The notes under the pieces are model-generated. The model saw nothing but the letters and a program-made list of their open reading frames with translations. It had not been told where the DNA came from and ran no database searches. Below, piece after piece: positions 38,586 to 48,362 of a stretch of DNA of 64,000 nucleotides (position 1 is the first letter of the stretch; each line of letters starts with the position of its first letter). Both the position numbers and the translations under genes were made by a program. This stretch comes from a virus (taxonomy: Duplodnaviria; Caudoviricetes). The stretch lies in IMG/VR virus record IMGVR_UViG_3300022602_000026; one strand, 5' to 3'.

Positions 38586-38606
38586 CCGAATTTACCCATT
38601 ATTTTA

Positions 38607-38639
38607 TATTTATTGCAAAAATAAACTATGTAGTTTATT
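38607..38639 (-). promoter_or_regulatory. Late promoter AATAAATA (38607-38614) preceded by a perfect 9-bp inverted repeat (38620-38639)
   Basis: The plus strand reads AATAAACTA-TG-TAGTTTATT next to TATTTATT, upstream of gp6. Confidence 0.65.
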
Positions 38640-39024
38640 AATAAAGGCCGGATGTGGTCAGCGATTTACTGTCTTGATTGAACTGTAAGGTAAGTGATGT
38701 GGCTTGATTTTCCGGAATATAAGTCATGTCTAACGCTATTTGTATTCCGTTATCTTGAGTGGTTACTTGGATATTATCCAATATCATTCGGGGATCGTAG
38801 CCCACAATGCGCTCGACATCGTCAATTACCAATTGGGTTGTGGTATCGTCCAAGGGCTCGAACAACATGCTCCATATTATGCTACCAAAGTTGGGTTGCA
38901 TGAGCTTTTCGCCTTTTCGAATACTGAAATGATTGATCAAGTCTTGTTTGACCAAATCAATGTCCGTAGTACGGAATTTTTTAGCTCGGTTTGCGGTGCT
39001 GAAGCCTCGGTAGAATGTAGTCAT
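38638..39024 (-). CDS. gp25: Baseplate wedge subunit, T4 gp25/GPW-like
   Basis: DIDLVKQDLINHFSIRKGEKLMQPNFGSIIWSMLFEP. Confidence 0.9.
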   Translation of the reverse strand: MTTFYRGFSTANRAKKFRTTDIDLVKQDLINHFSIRKGEKLMQPNFGSIIWSMLFEPLDDTTTQLVIDDVERIVGYDPRMILDNIQVTTQDNGIQIALDMTYIPENQATSLTLQFNQDSKSLTTSGLY

Positions 39025-39031
39025 AGTATAC

Positions 39032-39039
39032 TATTTATT
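39032..39039 (-). promoter_or_regulatory. Late promoter AATAAATA, 7 nt before the gp25 ATG
   Basis: AATAAATA-GTATACT-ATG; no SD. Confidence 0.65.
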
Positions 39040-42000
39040 AACTTGCATTGGCCATTTGAATGTGTACTTGATCGGGTTTACTGAATGTTCCGCCCCAACG
39101 TAGGCCGTATTGCGCCAGATTAACTGTTGCGTTGACCAATGTAGCTTGCCCGCTGTCAATAGCCACTCCCGAATTGTGCGGGCTACCCTTGCCGCCTAGG
39201 CTTATGGGCTTGGCCGGGGTTGTAATACCGCCAGCAGTGGGCATGTTGGGACCGCCGCCGGCTGCTAGCCAACGTTGGTATATTGCATCTTGATCGGCCG
39301 GACTGCGGTATGCACTAGTGATTGTAATCTTGCTGCCTTTGACCAGTTTAAAATCTCGAGCCATTTGCAATATTGCGTTTTTAAATGTACCGTTCAGTTG
39401 ATCAAAATTGCTGCGAGTGCCCGTGCCCGAGTTTGAGAATGTCAATACATCATCGGGATTAATGCCACTGGTATTGGCTCCTCCCGAAGTGCTCGGGACT
39501 GTTGGACCGCTGGCACTACTTGGTACGCTGGGGCTCGTTGCCCCGCCACCTGCAGCTAATACATCAATTGCGTAACGTCCTTGATTAAAATAGTCGGTGC
39601 CGTTATGTCCGTATGCATCCGTCAAAGTACCTTGCTTGCGCCATTTCAATGCACTATCTACACTTCTAAATTGATGTGCAACAAACAACATACCGGCCGC
39701 GGCACAAATGTCGTCTGCGGACATGATTCCGCCGTTGGCCACCAATGATGCGTAATTATTTGTAAATTCATTGAATTGTATTGTGTCTTGCACAGTGGCA
39801 CTGGCAAAGAAATTGTTTTGGCTTTGAATACTGTCTTTGCCAGTCCAGCTTTCGCCTTTTGACAATGTACTGGTTCCGTACTGCTTTATAGCATCGGGTT
39901 TGATATATCCAGCAGCAGCCAAGTACGCAGCATCCACTTGGTATTTGCCAATACGTGTCCCGTCGCTATTGATCATGCTATAATTGAATTGACTTTCAAA
40001 GTAGCCCAATTCTGCCATTAGAGCCTTGACCTGTGCTTGTGTAAATTTAGGCGATGTGCTGCCAATACCGCTAGAAGGACTATAAGTCGAGGTCTTTGCT
40101 AGGTATTCTGCAGGGCAAGTATTACCAACAACTGCTAGTCCAGCAGCTGCCGAGATACCAAGATCTGTACTGGATCCTGTGGTGCTGGTTGTGCCGGATC
40201 TTACTGGATTTCCAAATCCATCAGTTATAGTACTGCCATTACCGCTGCTTAATGTTCCGCTTTGTGCCGGCGCAGTTCCTGCGTTGGCCAATGCCTGTTG
40301 TACCAAGGGTAGATTTTTGGCTGCTGCTGCGCCAACACTGGCACATGTAATGCTGCCATCTGCGGCTTGTAAACCTTTGTTTGCTTGTGCTACATCGCTA
40401 TTGGGCTGAGCAATCACATAGTTGTCGGGTTTGCCGATTGCTGCAGGCCAGAATGTGCACAAATATAAATCTTGTAGTTTTGGTGTTGGTGCTTTGGTAG
40501 TAAACTTGAAGTAATTGTAATACTTTAAAACCCAGTCCATTTGATCCACACGACTTAGTTGTGCCAATGCGTCAACAGTGGTGCCTAATCCGATTGCTGT
40601 ACTAGGTAAAAACTGTATTAGTCCCACAGGTCGTCCCTGTTTTAATTGTGGTCCTTGAATGGCCGGATCAAATGTGCCGCCAGATTCGTTGTACATAAAT
40701 GCCAACATATCTATGTAATTGGCATTCAATGCAGTTGCAACCGATTTGACCTTGTCCAAGAAAGCAGTGTCTGTAGTCCAAGGCACCGGTTGATATTTTA
40801 CTTTACCACGATCTAGGTTGTTGCTATTGGGAGGAGGCAATGTATAAACTGGTGCCGAACCAGTTTTTGGTGCACAAACATTGTTTGATACTTCTTTGGT
40901 GAGCGGCACTGCCGGTTGTGTTCTAGTCCAGGGCTCGTGACTGGGCAGTACTTTGACAATACTGTCGGTTGCTGCCGGTACTCCGCTCCAAAGTTTGGTA
41001 GCTTCCCCATCGTAGGTTGTGTCGGCATGCTTTTCCTTTTTTATTGTGGGATTAGGAATACTGCTGCCACCACCACCGCCATTGATGTCAATGGTACTAC
41101 CATTTATCTTCATTGCTGCTGCCGAGCTCATGCTCAATTTACCATCACTGCTGACGATGATCTCGCCACCGCCCATGCTCATTTTAGCACCGTAAATTAC
41201 GGTACTTTCTGCTCCGCCAATCTTGATCTGCGGGCTTGTCATGGTATGCGACACTGCACTGTCTATGTTGACACTGCCCACGGCCTGCATGTTGATATCG
41301 CCGTCACTGTGAAAATTTATGTCGCCTTCACTGCGTACACTAAAATCGCCCTTGGTGTACACGTTGACTCCGCTGTCACCGATTTCTAACCAAGTGGTGC
41401 CGTTTTTGTGAGAAATATATATTGTGCTTTGATCATCGCTCATCAATAATTGATGTCCACCTGCGGTGCGTAAACGCATCAATTGATCTACCCCATTGAC
41501 GTCGCCGTCGTCCATGACAAATGTATGCCCACCCTTGCGTACTGGCACTGCATATTGGTCAGCGGGTATGCTTCCGTTGTTGACTTTGTCTAGATAATTT
41601 GGATCATCAGCAGGGTCTTTGCCCAGGGGTCGTCCTGGTGTGCTGATTCCAAATACATAGCTGGGAGTTTCGCGTTGGCTATTAGAACTTATCGCCCCGC
41701 GAGTTTTGTCTCGATCCAGACCCTGCATGAATAAGATATTTGCTTGAAAAGCGTGTATGGGCTTGGGGTTATCGTAAAAAGTACCGTTGATGTCGGCTGA
41801 TGCGTTTTCATTAAATTCTGCAACTGGCAAATATTGTGGGGTAGCTGAATTGCCGGGCAATACACTGGCCTTAATCGAAGGATCAATATTGTTTTTGTCA
41901 ATTACATTACCAGCAGCAATCACTGGAACCATGTATTGACTTAGATTTTCGTTGATACAAGCAAACCAATATCCACGATCGGGCTGCCCGTTAATGAATG

Positions 42001-42328
42001 TGCACAGAACTAGATTGCCAAGATCCGGAGGAACGGCCCACATACCATAACTGTGTGGAACATCATTGAATGTGTTGTTTGTACTTTTGTTACTGCGGTA
42101 TGTGCTGCCAAAATACGGACTGGCATAATTTACTTTGCGCCAATTCTGTTCGTCTTCTTCGTGCCCGCCAAAGTCGGGAATCCATACTCGCAACCTGCCG
42201 TCTCGAGCAGGCGACAAGTTGTCCTTGACCACTCCCACGTAAATTCCAGTGTCGTTCTTGACTCCGGCTACTGCGTCACGGTCAAAGTTTCTTGGGATTT
42301 TTTTGCCGACTACATTATCTAATGCCAT
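39038..42328 (-). CDS. gp5: Baseplate hub/spike protein, gp5/VgrG-like, with SLT-like, lysozyme-like and M15 peptidase domains
   Basis: OB-fold GVVKDN..RDGRLRVWIP; GHTFVMDD..GHQLLMSD beta-helix; NESGG..GLIQF; FESQFNY..GKYQ; ITSAYRS..HNSGVAID..WGG..VHIQ. Confidence 0.82.
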   Translation of the reverse strand: MALDNVVGKKIPRNFDRDAVAGVKNDTGIYVGVVKDNLSPARDGRLRVWIPDFGGHEEDEQNWRKVNYASPYFGSTYRSNKSTNNTFNDVPHSYGMWAVPPDLGNLVLCTFINGQPDRGYWFACINENLSQYMVPVIAAGNVIDKNNIDPSIKASVLPGNSATPQYLPVAEFNENASADINGTFYDNPKPIHAFQANILFMQGLDRDKTRGAISSNSQRETPSYVFGISTPGRPLGKDPADDPNYLDKVNNGSIPADQYAVPVRKGGHTFVMDDGDVNGVDQLMRLRTAGGHQLLMSDDQSTIYISHKNGTTWLEIGDSGVNVYTKGDFSVRSEGDINFHSDGDINMQAVGSVNIDSAVSHTMTSPQIKIGGAESTVIYGAKMSMGGGEIIVSSDGKLSMSSAAAMKINGSTIDINGGGGGSSIPNPTIKKEKHADTTYDGEATKLWSGVPAATDSIVKVLPSHEPWTRTQPAVPLTKEVSNNVCAPKTGSAPVYTLPPPNSNNLDRGKVKYQPVPWTTDTAFLDKVKSVATALNANYIDMLAFMYNESGGTFDPAIQGPQLKQGRPVGLIQFLPSTAIGLGTTVDALAQLSRVDQMDWVLKYYNYFKFTTKAPTPKLQDLYLCTFWPAAIGKPDNYVIAQPNSDVAQANKGLQAADGSITCASVGAAAAKNLPLVQQALANAGTAPAQSGTLSSGNGSTITDGFGNPVRSGTTSTTGSSTDLGISAAAGLAVVGNTCPAEYLAKTSTYSPSSGIGSTSPKFTQAQVKALMAELGYFESQFNYSMINSDGTRIGKYQVDAAYLAAAGYIKPDAIKQYGTSTLSKGESWTGKDSIQSQNNFFASATVQDTIQFNEFTNNYASLVANGGIMSADDICAAAGMLFVAHQFRSVDSALKWRKQGTLTDAYGHNGTDYFNQGRYAIDVLAAGGGATSPSVPSSASGPTVPSTSGGANTSGINPDDVLTFSNSGTGTRSNFDQLNGTFKNAILQMARDFKLVKGSKITITSAYRSPADQDAIYQRWLAAGGGPNMPTAGGITTPAKPISLGGKGSPHNSGVAIDSGQATLVNATVNLAQYGLRWGGTFSKPDQVHIQMANAS

Positions 42329-42340
42329 TGTTTACTTTCC

Positions 42341-45118
42341 TCATTGACTTGGTGTAGTAGCCAACACTACTGGTTCGCCTTGGGCGTTGGCTCCGGTACC
42401 GATCGGCACAGTTGGGCCTTTTTTCGCTATATCTGACAACGGTGGAGTACCCGGCCATTCTGCTGGTACTTGTTCGTAAGGATCTATTAGATCGTTCCAA
42501 TTGGTTGTGGCCGGCTTAGTGGGCACATTGGCATCACCATCTTTAAGATACAAAGGATTGTTTGTCTGTGGCGGCCCAACAAAATTAACTGGTTTTTGTA
42601 TATCTTTACCCGACACACTGGGGTTTTGTGATTTATCGTTAACTGTGTTATCACCAGTTCTGTTAGCATCCGTGGTTTGACTATCTGGACCGGTGCTTGC
42701 TTCGCCCGAGCCCGATTGGTTGGCGTATCTCACACAGTCTAGCGATTGTGTAAACTTTCCGCCTTTAAACTCGCTATCAACTGTTAATATTTTATAGTAT
42801 CCGCTGTAATAAGCACGACTGTATCTACCATCAGTTTTAAGTAATCCGGTATTGTCGTCAATGTCCACTGGAGTTTTAAATATCAAGTTACAAAAAATTT
42901 CGCCGTTGTCCATTGCTATACTATTGGTAGTACCGGGAGGAACAAATTGATCGTTGTAATTGAATTTAAGGTACGAGGGATTGTAATGTATATCGTCTTG
43001 TTTGATAAATTGCGGATCGCCCAGTATGCTTAATTTTATATTTAATAAATCTGCTCCTGCAGCAGTATAGATATTTTTAGCAAATGCCTCGGCATTTTGT
43101 GCTTCAACTCTTGTTTCCGATCCACCAACAGTGGTACTTTGATCGCCCGAATACAATTGTTTTTGTACTGGGTTTACATCGCGCTGATTAGTTTCTTTCT
43201 TGCCTTTGGTGTTGCCGGATTCATCAAGTTTGGCAATGTTTAGCGCAGTGGTATTTGCATTGTTGACTTGCACGGGAACAAAATGTAAAGCATTAAATTC
43301 TATGTTAAAATCAATTACTTCAGTGTTTTGTCCGGTATAGATATATTGATATTCTTTAACTGCCGGGGGCGGTGGACTCTTGCTTGCAGCATCGTGTTTG
43401 TCGTTGTAGTAGGTGTATTTTTGAATGTTGTAGGTTATTATTTTACCCCATACATTTCTAACCGAATCAAATCGAGTCAGCTCAACTTGAGGAATTGTTC
43501 TATACCAATTCACCGGTGCTCCGTTTTTAAGATCGCTGAGTTGTTGTGCTGAATTTACTCTATTGTCTGCTGGCTTGTTTTTTATACTGGAATCATTTAA
43601 TTGATTGAGAATATAATCACTGTTCAACATCACCATGTCAATGACTGCAAGTATCTGTGTGCCGGCATTGAGATTGTGTACCGATTTAGTAAGATCGGGC
43701 CCTACTGCCTGCGGTCCTGTTTTGCTGGTAGTGTTGCCTTTTGATGCAGTTTTAGGATCAACTGCTGGCGTATTTCTAACAGTATTTTTATTTGGATCTA
43801 CAATTTTTGCTTCGCTGATTTCGGGATCGATATTGAATCTTATAGTATCAGCAACATCAATATGCCCGTCTATGGCTTCTCGTAGATTCCAATGATTGTA
43901 TGCTCCAGGCAAACTGGTTGTATTAACAGTAACTGGCGGCTTGTACACTGCAGATCCGGGTGGTGGTGCTGTTGTTGCATTTATCAAGCCCCTTCCGCCA
44001 CCGGCACCGCCAGTGTTTGTTGGTCCACTGACTACTTGTTGAGCAGTTTGATTATTTGTTGCATTTACATCACCGGCAGTATTTGTTTGTTCTCTAACAG
44101 CGTCGTTTAATTCGCCTTGATCGGCATTGGAGTCATTGGCAAAATAACTGCCTACTGTGTCGGCAGTGACATTGAAATTTGACTTCAGCGCCTGCGATGA
44201 TGCAAAGTTTGCTTGGTAGTGAAAAGGTACTGCTTGTATTTGATATTCTGCGCCCTTTGAAGTTACCTTTATCTTCATGGTAGCAATCTTGATACAAATA
44301 AATTTTTGTTGGTCTACTATTTCTACTTGGTTGCCTACATCGTCAGTGCCAAAAAAGTTTATTTCTAATAGGTAGGGTGTATCCAAATAGTTTGCCCCGT
44401 CCAGTTCGTCGCGTTGCATATCTATTAGTCGGTTGACAAACGTCAAACCATAAGGCTCGACAATTGTGAATTTAATATCAACTACATTTGACGAACGAAG
44501 CGGCGAGCTTGGGCCAATTACAGTTTTAATTTGCAATCCATCAAAATAAAAGTCATCAACAAACTCTTCAGATCTTTGTGTGCCAGTGCCGGTTGTTGTG
44601 TATGTTTTATTGTATTTGTTTCCGCCACTGATAATGTTCCTAGTAGGAGTAAAGTCCTGAGGATTGTTGATCATGACTTTGTAATCGGCGGCTGTTAGCG
44701 CATGAAGATTTATGTTATAGGTATAAGTGGAAAAATCACTTAAGACATTGGGGGTGGGTTTTATATTTTGCGGCACTCCACCAATTTGTGTTGTTTCGGG
44801 AGTTGTTCCGGTTTGTCCGCCGTCTTCTGAGTTTGCAGTTCCCTGACTTCCGCGGCCGGCGCCGGCCCCGGTTGGCGGCAACGGGGTAGATGTTTTGGAG
44901 TTTTGTTGTGCTACTAAATTTGCTCGTTCGGCAGTTAGTCTAGTAATATATGCTTGGTTTGCTTGATACTTGGGATCAACATTGGCTAGGCTTCGATCAA
45001 TTTGTGCAATTTTACTGGCAATTGCATCGCCACCGGCTGCATCTCCAGCAGTACCGGCCGCTTGAGCTTGTGTTTTATCTGCTACTACTTGAGCTCGTTG
45101 TGCTTGAGTTAATGGCAT
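42341..45118 (-). CDS. Baseplate hub protein (gp27-like) with low-complexity termini
   Basis: NVLSDFSTYTY..FTIVEPYG..PYLLEINFFG..ILGDPQFI..SGYYKILTVDSEFKGGKFTQSL; located between the gp53-like gene and gp5. Confidence 0.6.
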   Translation of the reverse strand: MPLTQAQRAQVVADKTQAQAAGTAGDAAGGDAIASKIAQIDRSLANVDPKYQANQAYITRLTAERANLVAQQNSKTSTPLPPTGAGAGRGSQGTANSEDGGQTGTTPETTQIGGVPQNIKPTPNVLSDFSTYTYNINLHALTAADYKVMINNPQDFTPTRNIISGGNKYNKTYTTTGTGTQRSEEFVDDFYFDGLQIKTVIGPSSPLRSSNVVDIKFTIVEPYGLTFVNRLIDMQRDELDGANYLDTPYLLEINFFGTDDVGNQVEIVDQQKFICIKIATMKIKVTSKGAEYQIQAVPFHYQANFASSQALKSNFNVTADTVGSYFANDSNADQGELNDAVREQTNTAGDVNATNNQTAQQVVSGPTNTGGAGGGRGLINATTAPPPGSAVYKPPVTVNTTSLPGAYNHWNLREAIDGHIDVADTIRFNIDPEISEAKIVDPNKNTVRNTPAVDPKTASKGNTTSKTGPQAVGPDLTKSVHNLNAGTQILAVIDMVMLNSDYILNQLNDSSIKNKPADNRVNSAQQLSDLKNGAPVNWYRTIPQVELTRFDSVRNVWGKIITYNIQKYTYYNDKHDAASKSPPPPAVKEYQYIYTGQNTEVIDFNIEFNALHFVPVQVNNANTTALNIAKLDESGNTKGKKETNQRDVNPVQKQLYSGDQSTTVGGSETRVEAQNAEAFAKNIYTAAGADLLNIKLSILGDPQFIKQDDIHYNPSYLKFNYNDQFVPPGTTNSIAMDNGEIFCNLIFKTPVDIDDNTGLLKTDGRYSRAYYSGYYKILTVDSEFKGGKFTQSLDCVRYANQSGSGEASTGPDSQTTDANRTGDNTVNDKSQNPSVSGKDIQKPVNFVGPPQTNNPLYLKDGDANVPTKPATTNWNDLIDPYEQVPAEWPGTPPLSDIAKKGPTVPIGTGANAQGEPVVLATTPSQ

Positions 45119-45119
45119 T

Positions 45120-45428
45120 TTAAATACCTAAATTGGTAGTCAGAGTTGTTTGTTTAGGGATATAAATCGATACCCCGGCTTGAAAGTCGAATATGGGATC
45201 GTCTAGGGTATTGGGATTACGTGCACGGAATACCCACCATAATGCACTATTACCGTATAAGTCATAGGCCAACATATCGGGACGATATTGATAGATACTG
45301 TTTATGGTAAACAACACATCATCGGTTTGTTTGTCAATTGTGGGATATACCAACAAATCTAAAAATTGTCCGTTGCCAAATGTATTGGTTTTTGCATAAG
45401 GACTGCTTTTGCTATAAACAACTGCCAT
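45120..45428 (-). CDS. Baseplate wedge protein, gp53/LysM-like
   Basis: YQYRPDMLAYDLYGNSALWWVF..NP..DP. Confidence 0.75.
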   Translation of the reverse strand: MAVVYSKSSPYAKTNTFGNGQFLDLLVYPTIDKQTDDVLFTINSIYQYRPDMLAYDLYGNSALWWVFRARNPNTLDDPIFDFQAGVSIYIPKQTTLTTNLGI

Positions 45429-46306
45429 TACAAGAATCCTCCCTTGCCCGACAACAGTTGTCCTTTGCTAAAATCTGTTAGATTCATATTGTTGTGTATA
45501 TTGCTACGACTAAAAACTGGTTGTATGGTAACTGTAATTTGACTTGTGGTAGGAAGTCTTGCTGTATTTTGTGCGCTCGAGCTAACCGACCCATCACTTT
45601 CGTAATAGGTTTTTGCTCCCCCGGGTGCTGTAGAATATTTAAATTCCAAGTAATCACAATCTGGAGGCATGGTGTGCGAAAAACTTGTGACTATGCAACT
45701 CACGTGCGGAAAATAAAAATCTCCGTAACCGTCTAGGTACACAATCGGCGGAGGCGATCCTGCCAACGAATCTGTTCCAAAAAACATTTTTGTACAACTT
45801 CTAAAAAAGTAAATTGTTGCCAACAGGTATAATGCATCGTCGGTATTCTGTACTGTAAAATCTCCAGTGATGGTGATTGGGCCCACATCTGATCCATCAT
45901 AAAAATAATTTTTGTAGTTGCTGTGTGTCAATGCTTGTTCTTGATAACGGGCATTGTGCGTTACTGTTATGCTGGGTGTGTAGGGAAATATCACGCCACC
46001 GGTTCTATTCAAAATATTTAAAAATGTATTTGATTTGTCGTTATAAAAAATCTTGCTTGCTGTTGGTAAACTGATCTTTACCCGCCAATCCTTTTTATCG
46101 GGATTTTTTGGATCTTTGGCTTTTGATATATTTTTTGTGGGCGTTTTATTCTTTTTGAATAGTCCGGCAACGCCACCATCAAATAACCCAGAAATTTGTT
46201 TTCTGATTCCGGCCGGATCAACAATATTCAGCGCCGTGTCGAGTAACCCAGGCTTGCTTGTACTTGTCGAGGGGTCGTTTACTCCAATTGATCCTTGTAA
46301 TGGCAT
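45428..46306 (-). CDS. Tail tube initiator/baseplate cap (gp48/gp54-like)
   Basis: IFPYTPSIT..ITITGDFTVQN..PPPIVYLDGYG..VTSFSHTMP, a tube-fold signature. Confidence 0.65.
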   Translation of the reverse strand: MPLQGSIGVNDPSTSTSKPGLLDTALNIVDPAGIRKQISGLFDGGVAGLFKKNKTPTKNISKAKDPKNPDKKDWRVKISLPTASKIFYNDKSNTFLNILNRTGGVIFPYTPSITVTHNARYQEQALTHSNYKNYFYDGSDVGPITITGDFTVQNTDDALYLLATIYFFRSCTKMFFGTDSLAGSPPPIVYLDGYGDFYFPHVSCIVTSFSHTMPPDCDYLEFKYSTAPGGAKTYYESDGSVSSSAQNTARLPTTSQITVTIQPVFSRSNIHNNMNLTDFSKGQLLSGKGGFL

Positions 46307-46329
46307 GTTAAATTATCCTTGTATATCTA

Positions 46330-46337
46330 TATTTATG
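46330..46337 (-). promoter_or_regulatory. Late promoter CATAAATA heading the baseplate operon
   Basis: Intergenic; shares the upstream AGTTTATTTT element with the gp6 promoter. Confidence 0.7.
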
Positions 46338-46368
46338 GATAAAATAAACTGCTACTATTATAAAAAGG

Positions 46369-46398
46369 TTGACTAAATTGCGATAAATATGTTAGTAT
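46369..46398 (+). promoter_or_regulatory. Nested sigma70-type promoter and late promoter upstream of the gp55 gene
   Basis: TTGACT (46369-74), N18, TAGTAT with extended TG; GATAAATA at 46382-46389; GTTAG/CTAAC inverted repeat over the -10. Confidence 0.65.
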
Positions 46399-47301
46399 AT
46401 GCTAACTTATAAGGAAGCAAAGGTGAAACATAACTACCTCAACAACAAAGATATCTTAAAAGAAATACATAAAAGCAAGACCACATACTGTACATTTACC
46501 AAACCCGAGTATGCCGATTACGATATGATCTTGCCAGATATTGGAAAAATTAACAAAAAGAACATCTTAGAAGCTAGAAAATTACGTGCCGAACGACTGG
46601 CCAAGTTGGCATACGATGCCAGTATTGCCGAAGGAATTAAGAGGAAATTAGACGAATTTGAGATAAAACTCAAGGATGTTCCAGCAACAGATGTTGTGTT
46701 TAGAGTTATGACCTGGGAGCATATTCCTGTAGATGATGCCAAAACCAAAAAAGCACGTATGACCGCGCTCGAGATCGAAGATGACGAAGATCCATTGCTG
46801 ACCGAATACGACGAAATGGATTTGACGCATACCAAATATGTCAAAGTAAATTTTCCACCGTTCCAGCATTTCAAAGTGGACGAAGAGGGCAATCCAGTAC
46901 TGGTGGGCAAAAGCCACTGGAAGGGCGATTTGGAGACTGGCGAGTTCAACAAGATGCACGGCAACATGACCAAGAAGTTGGCTCATATGTTTATGAAACT
47001 GTGCGAACGCTATGCTACTCGCAGCAACTGGCGCGGATATACCTACAACGATGAAATGCGTAGCCAAGCACTGCTGCAACTGACTTACATAGGATTGAGA
47101 TTTGATGAATCAAAATCGGCCAATCCGTTTGCTTATTATACTGCCGCAGTTACCAATAGCTTTACTAGAATTTTGAATATCGAAAAGCGAAATCAAAATA
47201 TTCGTGATGATATTTTGGAAATGAACGGTCTCAACCCCAGTTACACACGTCAAGGCATGAGTGGTGGATACAGTGGAGGAGAAAGTAGTTACGATGAGTA
47301 A
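46399..47301 (+). CDS. gp55: Late-transcription sigma factor, T4 gp55-like (likely true start GTG at 46423)
   Basis: NYLNNKDIL..; RYATRSNWRGYTYNDEM..FDESKSANPFAYYT..NSF; AAGGA SD 7 nt before GTG 46423. Confidence 0.88.
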   Translation: MLTYKEAKVKHNYLNNKDILKEIHKSKTTYCTFTKPEYADYDMILPDIGKINKKNILEARKLRAERLAKLAYDASIAEGIKRKLDEFEIKLKDVPATDVVFRVMTWEHIPVDDAKTKKARMTALEIEDDEDPLLTEYDEMDLTHTKYVKVNFPPFQHFKVDEEGNPVLVGKSHWKGDLETGEFNKMHGNMTKKLAHMFMKLCERYATRSNWRGYTYNDEMRSQALLQLTYIGLRFDESKSANPFAYYTAAVTNSFTRILNIEKRNQNIRDDILEMNGLNPSYTRQGMSGGYSGGESSYDE

Positions 47302-47309
47302 ATTGGCCA

Positions 47310-47339
47310 TTGCTCTTTGATCAACATTTCTGCTATACT
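47310..47339 (+). promoter_or_regulatory. Sigma70-type promoter for gp47 (leaderless)
   Basis: TTGCTC, N18, TATACT with extended TG, then 6 nt, then ATG at 47346. Confidence 0.55.
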
Positions 47340-47345
47340 AGTTGA

Positions 47346-48362
47346 ATGTCTAACTTATTTAAAAAAGCCGCGCTATTCACTGATATACATTTTGGATTAA
47401 AGTCAAACAGTACTCAACACAACGAGGACTGTTTGAACTTTGTTCGATGGGCCACTGCCAAAGCACTAGAAGAAGGGTGTGATACTGCATTCTTTTTGGG
47501 CGATTGGCATAATAATCGAGCGTCAATAAATATATTAACATTGGGCTATAGCCTTCAAGCATTGGAGCATTTAAATGCTAATTTTTCTCGTGTGTATTTT
47601 ATCCCTGGCAATCATGACCTTTACTATCGGGATAAGAGAGATGTACAGAGCGTTGAATGGGCAAAGCATCTCCCTAACGTTGTTATATGCAATGATTGGA
47701 CTACAGTTGGGGATTGTGTTATCGCTCCTTGGCTTGTGGGAAATGATTACACTCGTATACCCAAACTAAAAGGTAAATATATGTTTGGGCACTTTGAATT
47801 GCCCGGATACTTAATGAATGCCATGGTAGCCATGCCCGAACACGGTGAGCTACGTAGAGAAAATTTTTCAAACTTTGATCATGTTTTTACGGGTCATTTC
47901 CACAAAAGACAAACACAAAAGAATATAACATACATAGGAAATTGCTTCCCGCACAACTACGCCGATGCTGGGGACGACGATCGAGGTCTTACCATACTAG
48001 AGTGGGGCAAAGAGCCCGAGTATCATGCGTGGCCTGACCAACCCCGTTATCGCGTATTCAATCTAAGCGATGTGTTACAACACACCGAAGCAATGTTGCA
48101 ACCCGGGATGCATGTGCGTGTGAATCTAGATATTGATATCAGTTACGAGGAATCGACATTTATCAAAGAAACATTTATCAACACCTATAAGTTGCGCGAG
48201 ATTACATTAATTCCAGCAAAGGTAACTGAATTAACCGAATATCAAATGCAGGGCAACATTGAATTTGAAAGTGTAGATCAAATTGTGCATAGCCAACTTA
48301 CCAACATAGACAGTAAACAATACGACCCCAATTTATTATTAGACTTGTACCGAAACTTATGA
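47346..48362 (+). CDS. gp47: Recombination endonuclease subunit, T4 gp47 (Mre11/SbcD-like)
   Basis: FTDIHFG, FLGDWHNNR, IPGNHD, GHFE and TGHFH metallophosphoesterase motifs. Confidence 0.93.
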   Translation: MSNLFKKAALFTDIHFGLKSNSTQHNEDCLNFVRWATAKALEEGCDTAFFLGDWHNNRASINILTLGYSLQALEHLNANFSRVYFIPGNHDLYYRDKRDVQSVEWAKHLPNVVICNDWTTVGDCVIAPWLVGNDYTRIPKLKGKYMFGHFELPGYLMNAMVAMPEHGELRRENFSNFDHVFTGHFHKRQTQKNITYIGNCFPHNYADAGDDDRGLTILEWGKEPEYHAWPDQPRYRVFNLSDVLQHTEAMLQPGMHVRVNLDIDISYEESTFIKETFINTYKLREITLIPAKVTELTEYQMQGNIEFESVDQIVHSQLTNIDSKQYDPNLLLDLYRNL

